Source: Candidatus Saccharimonadota bacterium (GTDB lineage Bacteria; Patescibacteriota; Microgenomatia; UBA1406; GWC2-37-13). Taken from it: a DNA stretch of 32,000 nt. The stretch is from assembly GCA_016700135.1 (NCBI GenBank), contig CP065004.1, forward strand, positions 1,050,001 to 1,082,000, given 5' to 3'. Positions 7,380 through 16,013 of the stretch are shown in pieces. The position numbers were made by a program, and so were the translations under genes. Numbering within the stretch: position 1 is the first letter of the stretch; every line of letters starts with the position of its first letter. The notes under the pieces were generated by a model, which was not told the origin of the DNA, did no database searches, and saw only the letters and a program-made list of their open reading frames with translations.

Positions 7380-9929
7380 ATGGCATATGTCCCTCGTCGA
7401 AGGCGGAGCAGCCGTCCTTCTTTCGGTTTATTTTCCGGTCTCAACAGGCAGAAACTCATGATGTATGCCGTGTTCGGCATCATCGGAATGATTGTATTCG
7501 GCTATATCGGTGCATTTGCATTGTTTGCCTGGTATGGTCGTGACTTACCCGAACCCGGCAAGCTGTCTGAGAGCCGCGGCAACTCCACAATTTTTTATGA
7601 CAGAAACGGTGAAATTATTTATGAGATGTACAAAGATGCAAACCGTGTACCTGTCAAAAGCGATGACATCTCAAAATATCTGAAACAGGCTACTGTTGCC
7701 ATCGAAGACAAACGGTTTTATGAACACAACGGTATATCAGAGTACGGGATTATGCGTGCGGCATTCAACAGCATGATCGGAAATCCGCAGGGAGGATCTA
7801 CCATTACGCAGCAGCTTATCAAGAATGTCCTCCTTACATCGGAGCGGAAACTGTCGCGTAAAATCAAAGAAGCAATCCTTGCGTATCAGGTTGAAAACAA
7901 ATACTCCAAAGAGGAAATACTTGAAATGTATCTCAATGAAGCGCCTTACGGAGGCACTTTCGTCGGCGTGGGATCCGCTTCAATGGGATATTTCGGCAAA
8001 TCCCCGAAAGAACTGAGCCTTGTTGAATCGGCTATTCTTGCCGGGCTTCCTCAAAATCCTCCTGCCTATTCTCCTTTTATCGGGAAAAAAGACGCATGGA
8101 AAGGCCGGGCGAAAGATGTCCTGCGACGCATGGAGGAAGACGGATATATCACGAAAGATGAAAAGGAAAAAGCTTTATCCCAGCTTGACAAAGTGAAATT
8201 TTCTTCACCGAAACTTGCTATCAATGCGCCTCACTTCGTTTTTTATATAAGAAAATTAATTGAAGAAGAATACGGCCAGGCATTGCTTACGAAAGGTGTA
8301 AAGGTAAAAACAACCCTAGACCTTGAACTGCAGAAAAAAGCGGAAAAAATAGTGAAAGAAGAAATAGAAGGACTGGAAGACTATGATGTCGGGAACGGTG
8401 CGCTTGTCGCTCTTGATCCCGAGACCGGCGAGATCATCACGTATGTCGGTTCGTATGACTACAACAATGATGAATACGGTAAGTATGATGTCGTGTCTCA
8501 GGGAAACCGACAGCCCGGATCAACTCTCAAACCGATTGAGTATGCCGTGGCACTTAAAAAAGGATATACAGCGTCTTCAGTCATCATGGATGTACAGACA
8601 GAGTTCCCTGACTCAAGCCAGGACGAAGCATACAAGCCGGTCAATTATGACGGTAAGTACCGCGGTCCTGTGCAAATACGATTTGCATTGGGAAATTCTC
8701 TGAATGTACCTGCAGTAAAAATGCTGGCCATGCTCGGACTTCGCGACTTTTTGCAGCAATGCTATGACATGGGAATTGACTCTCTCGAACCGACCACCGA
8801 AAATATGAATAATCTCGGATTGTCTGCATCTCTCGGAGGCGGAGAGACTACACTTCTTGATCTGACGCAGGCATTTTCTGTTTTTGCAAACGGCGGCAGC
8901 CGTGTCGAACCGGTGGGGATTCTTGAGATTACGGAATTCAACGGGAAATCCGTATATAAAAAGAAAGATGAAAAAGCAAAGGAAGTCCTCTCCCCTGCCA
9001 TCAGTTTTATTATTTCCCACATTCTTTCCGATAATAATGCCCGTATTGATACGTTCGGTCCGCGTTCATACCTCAATGTTTCCGGAAAAACAGTAGCCGT
9101 AAAATCAGGAACAACCGATGACAAACGCGACAACTGGGCAGTCGGATTTACCAAAAATATCACTCTCGGTGTATGGGTCGGAAATAATGATAACTCAAAG
9201 ATGAATCCCAATATCGCATCAGGTGCTACCGGTGCGTCCCCGATCTGGCACGATGTGATGGTCGAGCTTCTGAAGGAATATGATGACGGTATTATTGAAA
9301 AGCCCGACGATGTTGAAGCGATCCAGATCGACAGTTTCTTCGGCGGTCTGCCGAAAGATGGAGGATCGACCAGATCTGAATATTACATCAAAGGAACCGA
9401 ACCGACGGAAGTGTCACCGTTTTACAAAAAGCTGAAACTTTCGAAATCAAACGGAAGGATTGCAAATGAAGTAGAGGTCAGAAGCGGTAATTATGAAGAA
9501 AAGGAATTTTATGTCGTGACGGAAAATGATCCCATATCCGGTGACGGGAAGAACAGATGGCAGGAAGCAATCGATGCCTGGGCGCGTGAACAGGGTGATG
9601 AGAAGTGGCATTATCCGACGGAAACTTCAGACTCATCATCAGAAGATGTCGTAGTCAGCATCAAAAATCCCGGCAACGAGTCAAAAGTTGAATCAAGTGA
9701 CAAAAAAGTCGAAGTACGGGCACGAATCACATCTCTTGAGCCGGTTAAAGAAGTAAAAATCTGGATCAACGGCAATGAAAAGAAAGTAATCGGCGGAGAC
9801 CGTGATGAAATATCCGAAACATTTGAACTCGACAACGGGAAATATGAAATTAAGGTTCGGGCTGAGAATGAAAAGGGAAAAATGGGAGAGTCAACTATTA
9901 AAATCGGCGTAAACGAGGACTGGAAATAA
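7380..9929 (+). CDS. bifunctional class A penicillin-binding protein (glycosyltransferase/transpeptidase, PBP1A type) with C-terminal Ig-like extension
   Basis: GT51 motifs are EDKRFYEHNG, GGSTITQQL and RKIKE. Transpeptidase motifs are STLKP (SxxK), SLN (SxN) and KSGTT. There is an N-terminal TM helix. Start 7380 was chosen because the -10 element covers ATG 7371. Alternatives are ATG 7371 and TTG 7347. The last ~150 aa form an extra beta-rich domain. Confidence 0.9.
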   Translation: MAYVPRRRRSSRPSFGLFSGLNRQKLMMYAVFGIIGMIVFGYIGAFALFAWYGRDLPEPGKLSESRGNSTIFYDRNGEIIYEMYKDANRVPVKSDDISKYLKQATVAIEDKRFYEHNGISEYGIMRAAFNSMIGNPQGGSTITQQLIKNVLLTSERKLSRKIKEAILAYQVENKYSKEEILEMYLNEAPYGGTFVGVGSASMGYFGKSPKELSLVESAILAGLPQNPPAYSPFIGKKDAWKGRAKDVLRRMEEDGYITKDEKEKALSQLDKVKFSSPKLAINAPHFVFYIRKLIEEEYGQALLTKGVKVKTTLDLELQKKAEKIVKEEIEGLEDYDVGNGALVALDPETGEIITYVGSYDYNNDEYGKYDVVSQGNRQPGSTLKPIEYAVALKKGYTASSVIMDVQTEFPDSSQDEAYKPVNYDGKYRGPVQIRFALGNSLNVPAVKMLAMLGLRDFLQQCYDMGIDSLEPTTENMNNLGLSASLGGGETTLLDLTQAFSVFANGGSRVEPVGILEITEFNGKSVYKKKDEKAKEVLSPAISFIISHILSDNNARIDTFGPRSYLNVSGKTVAVKSGTTDDKRDNWAVGFTKNITLGVWVGNNDNSKMNPNIASGATGASPIWHDVMVELLKEYDDGIIEKPDDVEAIQIDSFFGGLPKDGGSTRSEYYIKGTEPTEVSPFYKKLKLSKSNGRIANEVEVRSGNYEEKEFYVVTENDPISGDGKNRWQEAIDAWAREQGDEKWHYPTETSDSSSEDVVVSIKNPGNESKVESSDKKVEVRARITSLEPVKEVKIWINGNEKKVIGGDRDEISETFELDNGKYEIKVRAENEKGKMGESTIKIGVNEDWK

Positions 9930-9950
9930 CCGGTCACTCACCCGAGTATG

Positions 9951-10856
9951 TTATGAAAGCCATTCCGTCATCATTTTCCCCAACTCTTCCTCTTTCCCGT
10001 CAAATCCGTGCCCTGTATCGGAAATAATTTCGAATGTAGTATGGGATTTAGGATTTGTATTTTTTTTCAGCGCTTCCACACAACCATTGACGTTGTTAAA
10101 ACAGAATTCATCCTGTTCTCCGTAGACGATAAGCATAGGCTTTTCAATATTCCGGTACATATCGAAAAGAGGTTTCTTTGACAGTCTTTGTTTATGTAAA
10201 TACTCGTAAAAGGGAAAGGTGTTGTAATCTCCGTCGGGATTCAGAACATCATACAGAGAACGGTACGTGTACGGTTCCGGATATAAATATTTTGGCGCGA
10301 TTTTCATTTCATTTCCGCGGTCAATCTCCTGTTTTGCCCGTTTGAGTGCCGCCTGAAAACGTTTCTCACCGAACATTTCATAATTCAATCCTGTGTCATC
10401 GCCTCCTGCCAAAAGTATGTATTTACTGACAGGATTTTGTTTAGAAAGCTGATTATATACCACAATTTTATTCGCTCCTGTTGAATGCCCAATCAGATAA
10501 AAGGTGTTATACCCATTTGCTCTCAAAAATGTTATCGCTCCGTCGATGTCATTCACGCACTCTGCAATCCGTTCGTAATATGTCCCGCCGAGAATTCTCT
10601 CAGCTTCTGCTTCTCCCGTTTCCTGATGAAGAGACTTCACCAGATGTGCTCCTCTGTTATTGAAAGGGAAAAATGCAATATTTTTTTGGGTAAACTGCTT
10701 TCCCCACAGGTTCATGACCGGTTTGTAAAACACCGAAGAGCTTCCACAACCATGCAGATATATCGCCGCACGTTTTGTCGGGGTTTTCGGTTCGTACAAC
10801 AGACCGGGCAATCTCAGCTTGTCGGTCGTTAAAAAATGAACAAGTGTAGTACTCAT
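9951..10856 (-). CDS. alpha/beta-fold hydrolase
   Basis: 301 aa with the nucleophile elbow LIGHSTGAN (GxSxG) and a C-terminal DTGHGF (His of the triad). ATGA overlap with the upstream HAD gene. Confidence 0.8.
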   Translation of the reverse strand: MSTTLVHFLTTDKLRLPGLLYEPKTPTKRAAIYLHGCGSSSVFYKPVMNLWGKQFTQKNIAFFPFNNRGAHLVKSLHQETGEAEAERILGGTYYERIAECVNDIDGAITFLRANGYNTFYLIGHSTGANKIVVYNQLSKQNPVSKYILLAGGDDTGLNYEMFGEKRFQAALKRAKQEIDRGNEMKIAPKYLYPEPYTYRSLYDVLNPDGDYNTFPFYEYLHKQRLSKKPLFDMYRNIEKPMLIVYGEQDEFCFNNVNGCVEALKKNTNPKSHTTFEIISDTGHGFDGKEEELGKMMTEWLS

Positions 10857-11488
10857 ATCAGATCGATAAGTTCTTTGAAATGTTTAATGGTATGGGTCGG
10901 CTTGTGACGGGAGAACATGTTATGAGGATAATAAAGTTCATGAATATCAGGATAGTACCAAATTCCCGTGACATGTGCGGCATGACCGGCCAGAATATCC
11001 ACTTCATTGTCCCCTATCATGATCGTTTCCTCAGGTTTAGAATCCAGTCGCTCCATCGCAAGCAGAAGCGGATCGGGATCAGGTTTGTTTCTCTCAGTAT
11101 CTTCCCATGAGAGAGTCGTATCAAAAAGTGTCTCACAGTTCAGAAGTGTAAGTACTCTATCGAGTGTCGGTCTCAAGGTAGATGTTACGATTGCCGTTTT
11201 TATCCCCCGGGATTTTAATATCTGCATCAGATCCAGGAATCCTTCATGAAGCTGAATTTCCTTTTGCAGCATGTCAAAATTTGCATATAGATCATACTTG
11301 AATACTTCTACGTCAGGGATTTTGAGTTCCGGTTTTGCATCCCACCTGTGGAATGCTTTATCAATGATGTCCCTATCAGACATTGGGATTCCTAGTGCGT
11401 CAAACGTTTTTCGAAAACTTTTAAGCCATACGGGAAGCGAATTTACGACACAGCCGTCGAAGTCAAAAAGTATGGTGCGGTACTTCAT
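10853..11488 (-). CDS. HAD-superfamily hydrolase (phosphatase, subfamily IA-like)
   Basis: Motif I ILFDFDGCVVNS, motif II IVTST, and a motif III/IV region with K...MIGDNEVDILAG. Confidence 0.85.
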   Translation of the reverse strand: MKYRTILFDFDGCVVNSLPVWLKSFRKTFDALGIPMSDRDIIDKAFHRWDAKPELKIPDVEVFKYDLYANFDMLQKEIQLHEGFLDLMQILKSRGIKTAIVTSTLRPTLDRVLTLLNCETLFDTTLSWEDTERNKPDPDPLLLAMERLDSKPEETIMIGDNEVDILAGHAAHVTGIWYYPDIHELYYPHNMFSRHKPTHTIKHFKELIDLI

Positions 11489-11494
11489 GAAGAC

Positions 11495-11503
11495 ATTGTA
11501 CCA
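11495..11503 (-). promoter_or_regulatory. extended -10 element TGGTACAAT, 6 nt upstream of the HAD ATG (leaderless geometry)
   Basis: The minus strand reads ccctggTACAATgtcttcATG, immediately after the pheT stop. Confidence 0.45.
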
Positions 11504-11524
11504 GGGAACATGAAGAAGTTTCCG

Positions 11525-13543
11525 TTAAATAGTCTTTTGAATTTTTTCCAGCTCTTTTTTTGCATCTTCTTCTGTGATATTTTTTGAAGAATCGGCAAAA
11601 TAAAAACGGATCGTCAGATTGTCCTTGTATCTATCAATTATTTCGATATTCTGCAGGAGGTGTGAGGTGTCATATGCCTTCTTTTCGAGTTCGCCATATA
11701 CTCTCTCTTTCATGTCGATTGTCACATCAAGCTTAATTATCGCTGTCGTGACAGGGTCTTTGTATGGCTTCGTGATCGAATAATTGTTTTGGATGAAACC
11801 GAAGTCAATCTCTGCGATGTATACGTCTTCTGAAAGTGCCATGTTATCGGCATACTCTTTCTTCAGCATACCTAGTCGGCCGACCTGTTTGTCTCCGGAC
11901 ATAAGGGTTGTTGATGTGTTTTGAGAAAATAAGTCAGTTTCTTTCGGCTCGTAGGTGTAATTGTAGATATTAAGCTCTCTCATCAATCCTTCCACAATTC
12001 CTTTCAGATCAAAAAAATCTGTCGTAACCGCGATCCCGAGAATATATTGCTCTTCCGGAAGATCATTGTCACGGGGTATATAAATTTTTGCAATTTCAAA
12101 TATCTTTAATATGTCCTTCTTACCCTGATTATCTTTAATATTTTTGACAAGTGACACGGCAAGAGACCGTCTCATATACTCAATCTCTTTTGAAATGGTG
12201 TTTGACAATTTCAGATGCTTTGAGGGATCCATACCGAGATTTTTCAGAAGCTCTTCTGATACCATTGAGTAATTGATGAACTCATGGAGTCCGATATGTT
12301 TCAGATAGTGTTTTGATTTGGAGATCGTTTTGAAAAGCATCTCCATATCATGCAGCTGCTTGATATAGATAAGCGGTGAAATGGTGTTCGGGAGATTGTA
12401 GTATCCGTATACCCGTGCGACTTCTTCAATGATATCTTCTTTGATATCGACATCGTCAGTGCGATATGTCGGAACGGTCACTTCAAAGTATACCCCGTCA
12501 GGATATGCCAGCTCTTCATTCTCATGACGTTTCACAGAAAAACCGAGATCTTCAAGAATGGCGGTGACTTTCTTTTCATCAATCGTCACGCCGATGACTC
12601 GATGGATATCCTTGAGATATACCTTTACTTTTTTCTCTTCGCGCTTGTGAGGATAAAGATCAACAAGTTCCGAAGCTGCATGTCCGCCGGTTGCTTCAAG
12701 AAGAAGATCAATACCGTATACAAAAGCCGTTTCGACCCGTTCGGGATCAAGTCCTTTTTCAAAGTATGTAGCGGCCATTGTCCGCTGTCCGGTTGTCATT
12801 GAAGTCTTTCTGATATGGCGCTTGTTATAAGTTTGCACAAAAAAGAGTACGTTTCTCGTATCTTCCGTTATGGATGAATTCTCGCCTCCCATGATCCCGC
12901 AGAGATCGATAATTCTACCTGATCCGTCTTCGATAATGATGTCATCTCCCGGAAGGGTAAATTCCTTTCCGTCCAGTGTGGTCATTTTTTCACCTTTTTT
13001 GCTGCGGCGGAGAATCATTTTCTGTCCTTTGATCTGATCAAAATCAAACATATGAGTCGGCTGCCCGAGTGAAAGCATTAGATAGTTTGAAATATCAATG
13101 ACGTTATTGAGTGATCTGATGTCGGAAAGTTCCAGTCTTTTTTTGATAATTTCCGATGACGGCTTTATTTGTACATCAGAGATGACCATCGCCGTAAACC
13201 GTGAACAAAGTTCGGCATCCTCGATTGTGACATCAAGTTTATGTGTGGGCACCGGTTCTGCATGAAGATTTTCAAACGTATATTTTTCAAGCGGGTTAAA
13301 TTTCAGTTTTGCCTTCTTTCCGAATTGAGGTAAAATCGCCTGAGCTTCCTGCGCGACTCCGAAAACACTTGCCATATCAATACGGTTTGACGTGATTTCG
13401 ATATCAAATACATAATCATCACCGACTTTTTCCACCGTTTCGATCGACGGGCCGCTGAGTGAAAGATACTTCTGCATCTCATAGGGATCGGCATCCGTTT
13501 CAAGATACTCCAAAAGCCAGTCATACGTGATTTTGATATTCAT
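11525..13543 (-). CDS. pheT: phenylalanine--tRNA ligase beta subunit (lacking the B2 OB-fold tRNA-binding domain)
   Basis: The N-terminus MNIKITYDWLLEYL (B1) runs directly into DIEITSNRIDMAS (TPNRxD-type motif). B3/4, B5 and the C-terminal domains are present. 672 aa, located immediately downstream of pheS. Confidence 0.95.
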   Translation of the reverse strand: MNIKITYDWLLEYLETDADPYEMQKYLSLSGPSIETVEKVGDDYVFDIEITSNRIDMASVFGVAQEAQAILPQFGKKAKLKFNPLEKYTFENLHAEPVPTHKLDVTIEDAELCSRFTAMVISDVQIKPSSEIIKKRLELSDIRSLNNVIDISNYLMLSLGQPTHMFDFDQIKGQKMILRRSKKGEKMTTLDGKEFTLPGDDIIIEDGSGRIIDLCGIMGGENSSITEDTRNVLFFVQTYNKRHIRKTSMTTGQRTMAATYFEKGLDPERVETAFVYGIDLLLEATGGHAASELVDLYPHKREEKKVKVYLKDIHRVIGVTIDEKKVTAILEDLGFSVKRHENEELAYPDGVYFEVTVPTYRTDDVDIKEDIIEEVARVYGYYNLPNTISPLIYIKQLHDMEMLFKTISKSKHYLKHIGLHEFINYSMVSEELLKNLGMDPSKHLKLSNTISKEIEYMRRSLAVSLVKNIKDNQGKKDILKIFEIAKIYIPRDNDLPEEQYILGIAVTTDFFDLKGIVEGLMRELNIYNYTYEPKETDLFSQNTSTTLMSGDKQVGRLGMLKKEYADNMALSEDVYIAEIDFGFIQNNYSITKPYKDPVTTAIIKLDVTIDMKERVYGELEKKAYDTSHLLQNIEIIDRYKDNLTIRFYFADSSKNITEEDAKKELEKIQKTI

Positions 13544-13545
13544 AG

Positions 13546-14592
13546 TTAGAATTGTTCCAAAACTCTGATGTCGCCGTCATACAGCAGTCTCATATTGCTC
13601 AGTCCGATACCGGGCCGCATCATCATGACACGCTCTACACCAAAACCGAATGCCCAGCCGGTATACTCATCGGGATTGATACCGCCCGCTTTCAATACGT
13701 TCGGATGGACCATACCGGTTCCGCCCAGTTCAAGCCATCCCTGTTTGCAGAGACGGCATTTTTCACCGTTTACTTTACCCGTTCCCTGACAGATATCACA
13801 GGTGATATCTACTTCAAACGAAGGTTCGGTAAACTGGAAATGAAACGGACGAAGCCGTGTCTCGCGATCTTCTCCGAAAAACTGCTTGGCAAAATAATCA
13901 ATTGTTCCTTTCAAATGAGTGATATTTATTCTTTTATCGACACACAGACCCTCAAACTGATGAAACATCGGTACATGAGATGCATCCCAATTCGGGCGGT
14001 ACGTTTTGGCGATATTGATCATGCGAATCGGCGGTTTTCCGAGTCTCCGCATCTCTCTGTTTTGTCCGGATGATGTATGAGGTGTCAGTACCATCTTCCC
14101 GTGTTCTTTGTGCGGTTCGTAATCCATAAAAAAAGTCTCAAAATCGTCCCGAGCTGGATGATCTGACGGCATATTGAGAGCTTCAAATGAGAAGAATTCC
14201 CATTCTACTTCAGGGTATGACATGCGGATAAATCCGATTTTTTCGAAAATATGACTGATCTCTTCTATTGCATAGGTTACGAGATGAAGACTTCCCTGAG
14301 GATATTGTGTTGCAGGAAGTGTGGTATCTATCTTTTTTCTGCTGTTTTCGTTTTTCAACAGCTCAGTCCGCTTCGCTGATAATTCTTCCTGAATCTGCTG
14401 TTTTACGGTATTGATTTCCTGTCCGAATGTTTTCCTTTCTGAAGGATCGATATCTTTTATATTTTTCAGTTGCTGATTAATGATTCCGTTTCGTCCCAAA
14501 TACTCAGTTTCGAGAATTTCAAGCGTATCAAGTTCTTTTAAGGTAGATAATTGTTCCTTGAATTGGAGCAGAAGTTCTTTAGGAGATTTCAT
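13546..14592 (-). CDS. pheS: phenylalanine--tRNA ligase alpha subunit
   Basis: Class II motifs SDHPARDDFETFF, LRPFHFQFTEPSFEVD and GWAFGFGVERVMMM. Confidence 0.95.
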   Translation of the reverse strand: MKSPKELLLQFKEQLSTLKELDTLEILETEYLGRNGIINQQLKNIKDIDPSERKTFGQEINTVKQQIQEELSAKRTELLKNENSRKKIDTTLPATQYPQGSLHLVTYAIEEISHIFEKIGFIRMSYPEVEWEFFSFEALNMPSDHPARDDFETFFMDYEPHKEHGKMVLTPHTSSGQNREMRRLGKPPIRMINIAKTYRPNWDASHVPMFHQFEGLCVDKRINITHLKGTIDYFAKQFFGEDRETRLRPFHFQFTEPSFEVDITCDICQGTGKVNGEKCRLCKQGWLELGGTGMVHPNVLKAGGINPDEYTGWAFGFGVERVMMMRPGIGLSNMRLLYDGDIRVLEQF

Positions 14593-14598
14593 GTAATA

Positions 14599-14607
14599 AT
14601 AGTACCA
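14599..14607 (-). promoter_or_regulatory. extended -10-like element TGGTACTAT, 6 nt upstream of the pheS ATG
   Basis: The minus strand reads tcTGGTACTATtattacATG. No SD is present. Confidence 0.4.
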
Positions 14608-14631
14608 GACTTAGAGAAAGAATTGACATTA

Positions 14632-14695
14632 TGTCATCCCGAACGGATTTGAAGGATCCGGGATAAGGATTCTTCGGTTTCACCTCAGAATGACA
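14632..14695 (-). promoter_or_regulatory. 64-nt compound hairpin between rplT and pheS (REP-like / possible attenuator or processing site)
   Basis: On the minus-strand RNA, the outer 12-bp stem UGUCAUUCUGAG...UUCGGGAUGACA pairs completely if 3 G-U pairs are allowed. On the plus strand the same positions are C-A mismatches. Two alternative local hairpins are possible (ATTCT..AGAAT and ATCCCG..CGGGAT). Confidence 0.4.
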
Positions 14696-14710
14696 GAGTC
14701 AGAAATAATC

Positions 14711-15058
14711 TTATTTCTTGACTTCTTCTACGATCTTATCAAAGACGGTCGGATGTTCAAGTGCAATCTGTGCCCAGATTTTCCTGTCAACTTTGGATTT
14801 TTTCTCCTTGAGTTTGTGAATAAACTCATTGTATTTCATGCCGTTTTCTTTCAAAGCTGCATTGATACGTGTGATCCAGAGTGAGCGAAAGTCACGTTTC
14901 TTAAGTTTTCGTCCTTTAAAGGCATACTCACCGGCATGCAAAACGGCTTCCTGTGCTTTTTTGAACTGAGTGCTTCGGGACATCCAATATCCTTTTGCAA
15001 GTTTCAGAACTCTATTATGTTTTCTTTTTGAGGCGATTCCGCCTTTTACACGTACCAT
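14711..15058 (-). CDS. rplT: 50S ribosomal protein L20
   Basis: MVRVKGGIASKRKHNRVLKLAKGYWMSRS is the canonical bL20 N-terminus. Confidence 0.95.
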   Translation of the reverse strand: MVRVKGGIASKRKHNRVLKLAKGYWMSRSTQFKKAQEAVLHAGEYAFKGRKLKKRDFRSLWITRINAALKENGMKYNEFIHKLKEKKSKVDRKIWAQIALEHPTVFDKIVEEVKK

Positions 15059-15075
15059 ATGATATAAGTTATTTC

Positions 15076-15279
15076 TTAGGCAACACCTAGCAACTGTTTA
15101 ATTTTTTTCGCAGCACGACCTTCTACGTTCTTTTCAAGTCGCAGACTGCGGATTCGTTTACTGGATTTTTTTGACAAAAGATGTCGGAATTTCTGAGATC
15201 GGTGAGAAACCTTACCGGTTCCCGTGACCTTAAATCTTTTTGAGGCACCTTTATGTGTCTTTTGTTTATTTTTTGCCAT
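15076..15279 (-). CDS. rpmI: 50S ribosomal protein L35
   Basis: MAKNKQKTHKGASKRFKVTGTGKVSHR is the canonical bL35 sequence. Confidence 0.95.
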   Translation of the reverse strand: MAKNKQKTHKGASKRFKVTGTGKVSHRSQKFRHLLSKKSSKRIRSLRLEKNVEGRAAKKIKQLLGVA

Positions 15280-15346
15280 AACTATTCGTTTGAAAGTTTA
15301 TATTGTACCTGAAAATTTAAAAAAGTGTAACTGTAATCGTAACTGC

Positions 15347-15892
15347 TTATTTTTTTCTTGAAACAACTGCTCTTACGACGCGTCCTTCCAGCCGCGGCTC
15401 CTTCGAGATATTTACATCGCCCAGTCCCGCAATGAATTTATTCAAAAGATCAAAAGCCATTTGTTTTTTGACAATTTCACGGCCTTTCAGTGTTAAATTA
15501 AGACGAACTTGATTACCCTCATCCAAAAATTCCTTCGTCTTATTTATCATTCTTTCTAGATCGGCAGGGCCGATAAACAATGAAAGCTTGATATCTTTTA
15601 CTACACTTTTCTTTGCCCCTTTCTTCGCTTCTTTCTGCTTTTTTTCCTGTTCGTACAAAAATTTCTTGAAGTCAGTGATTTTCGCGACGGGAGGCTTAGC
15701 GTTTTGAGCAATCAGCACCAGATCAAGTCCTCTTTTCGTAGCTTCGTCAAGTGCTTCATCCCGTGACAACACCCCAACCTGTTCCCCTTTGCTATCGATA
15801 ACGCGCAGTTCCTGCTCTTGAATTCGTGAATTTGTGTAAAAGTACTTGCCTGTTTTATTCGTTCTGCTGCTAAAGTATCTTTGGTTCCTCAA
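15347..15892 (-). CDS. infC: translation initiation factor IF-3
   Basis: ELRVIDSKGEQVGVL, DLVLIAQNAKPPVAKITDFKKFLYEQ and the C-terminal domain are present. There is no in-frame ATG upstream of the conserved N-domain. The ORF opens with TTG at 15892. Confidence 0.9.
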   Translation of the reverse strand: MRNQRYFSSRTNKTGKYFYTNSRIQEQELRVIDSKGEQVGVLSRDEALDEATKRGLDLVLIAQNAKPPVAKITDFKKFLYEQEKKQKEAKKGAKKSVVKDIKLSLFIGPADLERMINKTKEFLDEGNQVRLNLTLKGREIVKKQMAFDLLNKFIAGLGDVNISKEPRLEGRVVRAVVSRKK

Positions 15893-15919
15893 GTTGGTAA
15901 AAGTGAATTTATCAATATA

Positions 15920-15971
15920 CCCCGTAAAACAGAATGTATCACTAAGGATACATGCTCTGTCATATACGGGG
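15920..15971 (-). promoter_or_regulatory. long imperfect hairpin in the infC 5' leader (candidate L20-responsive leader)
   Basis: Minus-strand RNA CCCCGUA-uaug-ACAGA-gc-AUGUAUC-cuuagu-GAUACAU-UCUGU-uu-UACGGGG has 19 paired positions. It begins about at the predicted TSS of the promoter at 15979-16007. Confidence 0.4.
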
Positions 15972-15978
15972 TTTAGTT

Positions 15979-16007
15979 ATTATAAATGGAAATTTATCTA
16001 TTTGCAA
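15979..16007 (-). promoter_or_regulatory. sigma70-type promoter TTGCAA-N17-TATAAT for infC-rpmI-rplT
   Basis: Read directly on the minus strand, starting 6 nt after the thrC stop. Confidence 0.5.
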
Positions 16008-16013
16008 GGCAAT

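Noticed and set aside
13552-14073. 173-aa ORF antisense to pheS, and similar long antisense ORFs (8762-9211, 8613-9020, 17826-18254, 18185-18676, 10485-10832, 3944-4285)
   Set aside because: Each lies entirely inside a confidently identified conserved gene on the other strand and has no recognisable motifs. Their lengths are those expected by chance in AT-rich antisense frames.
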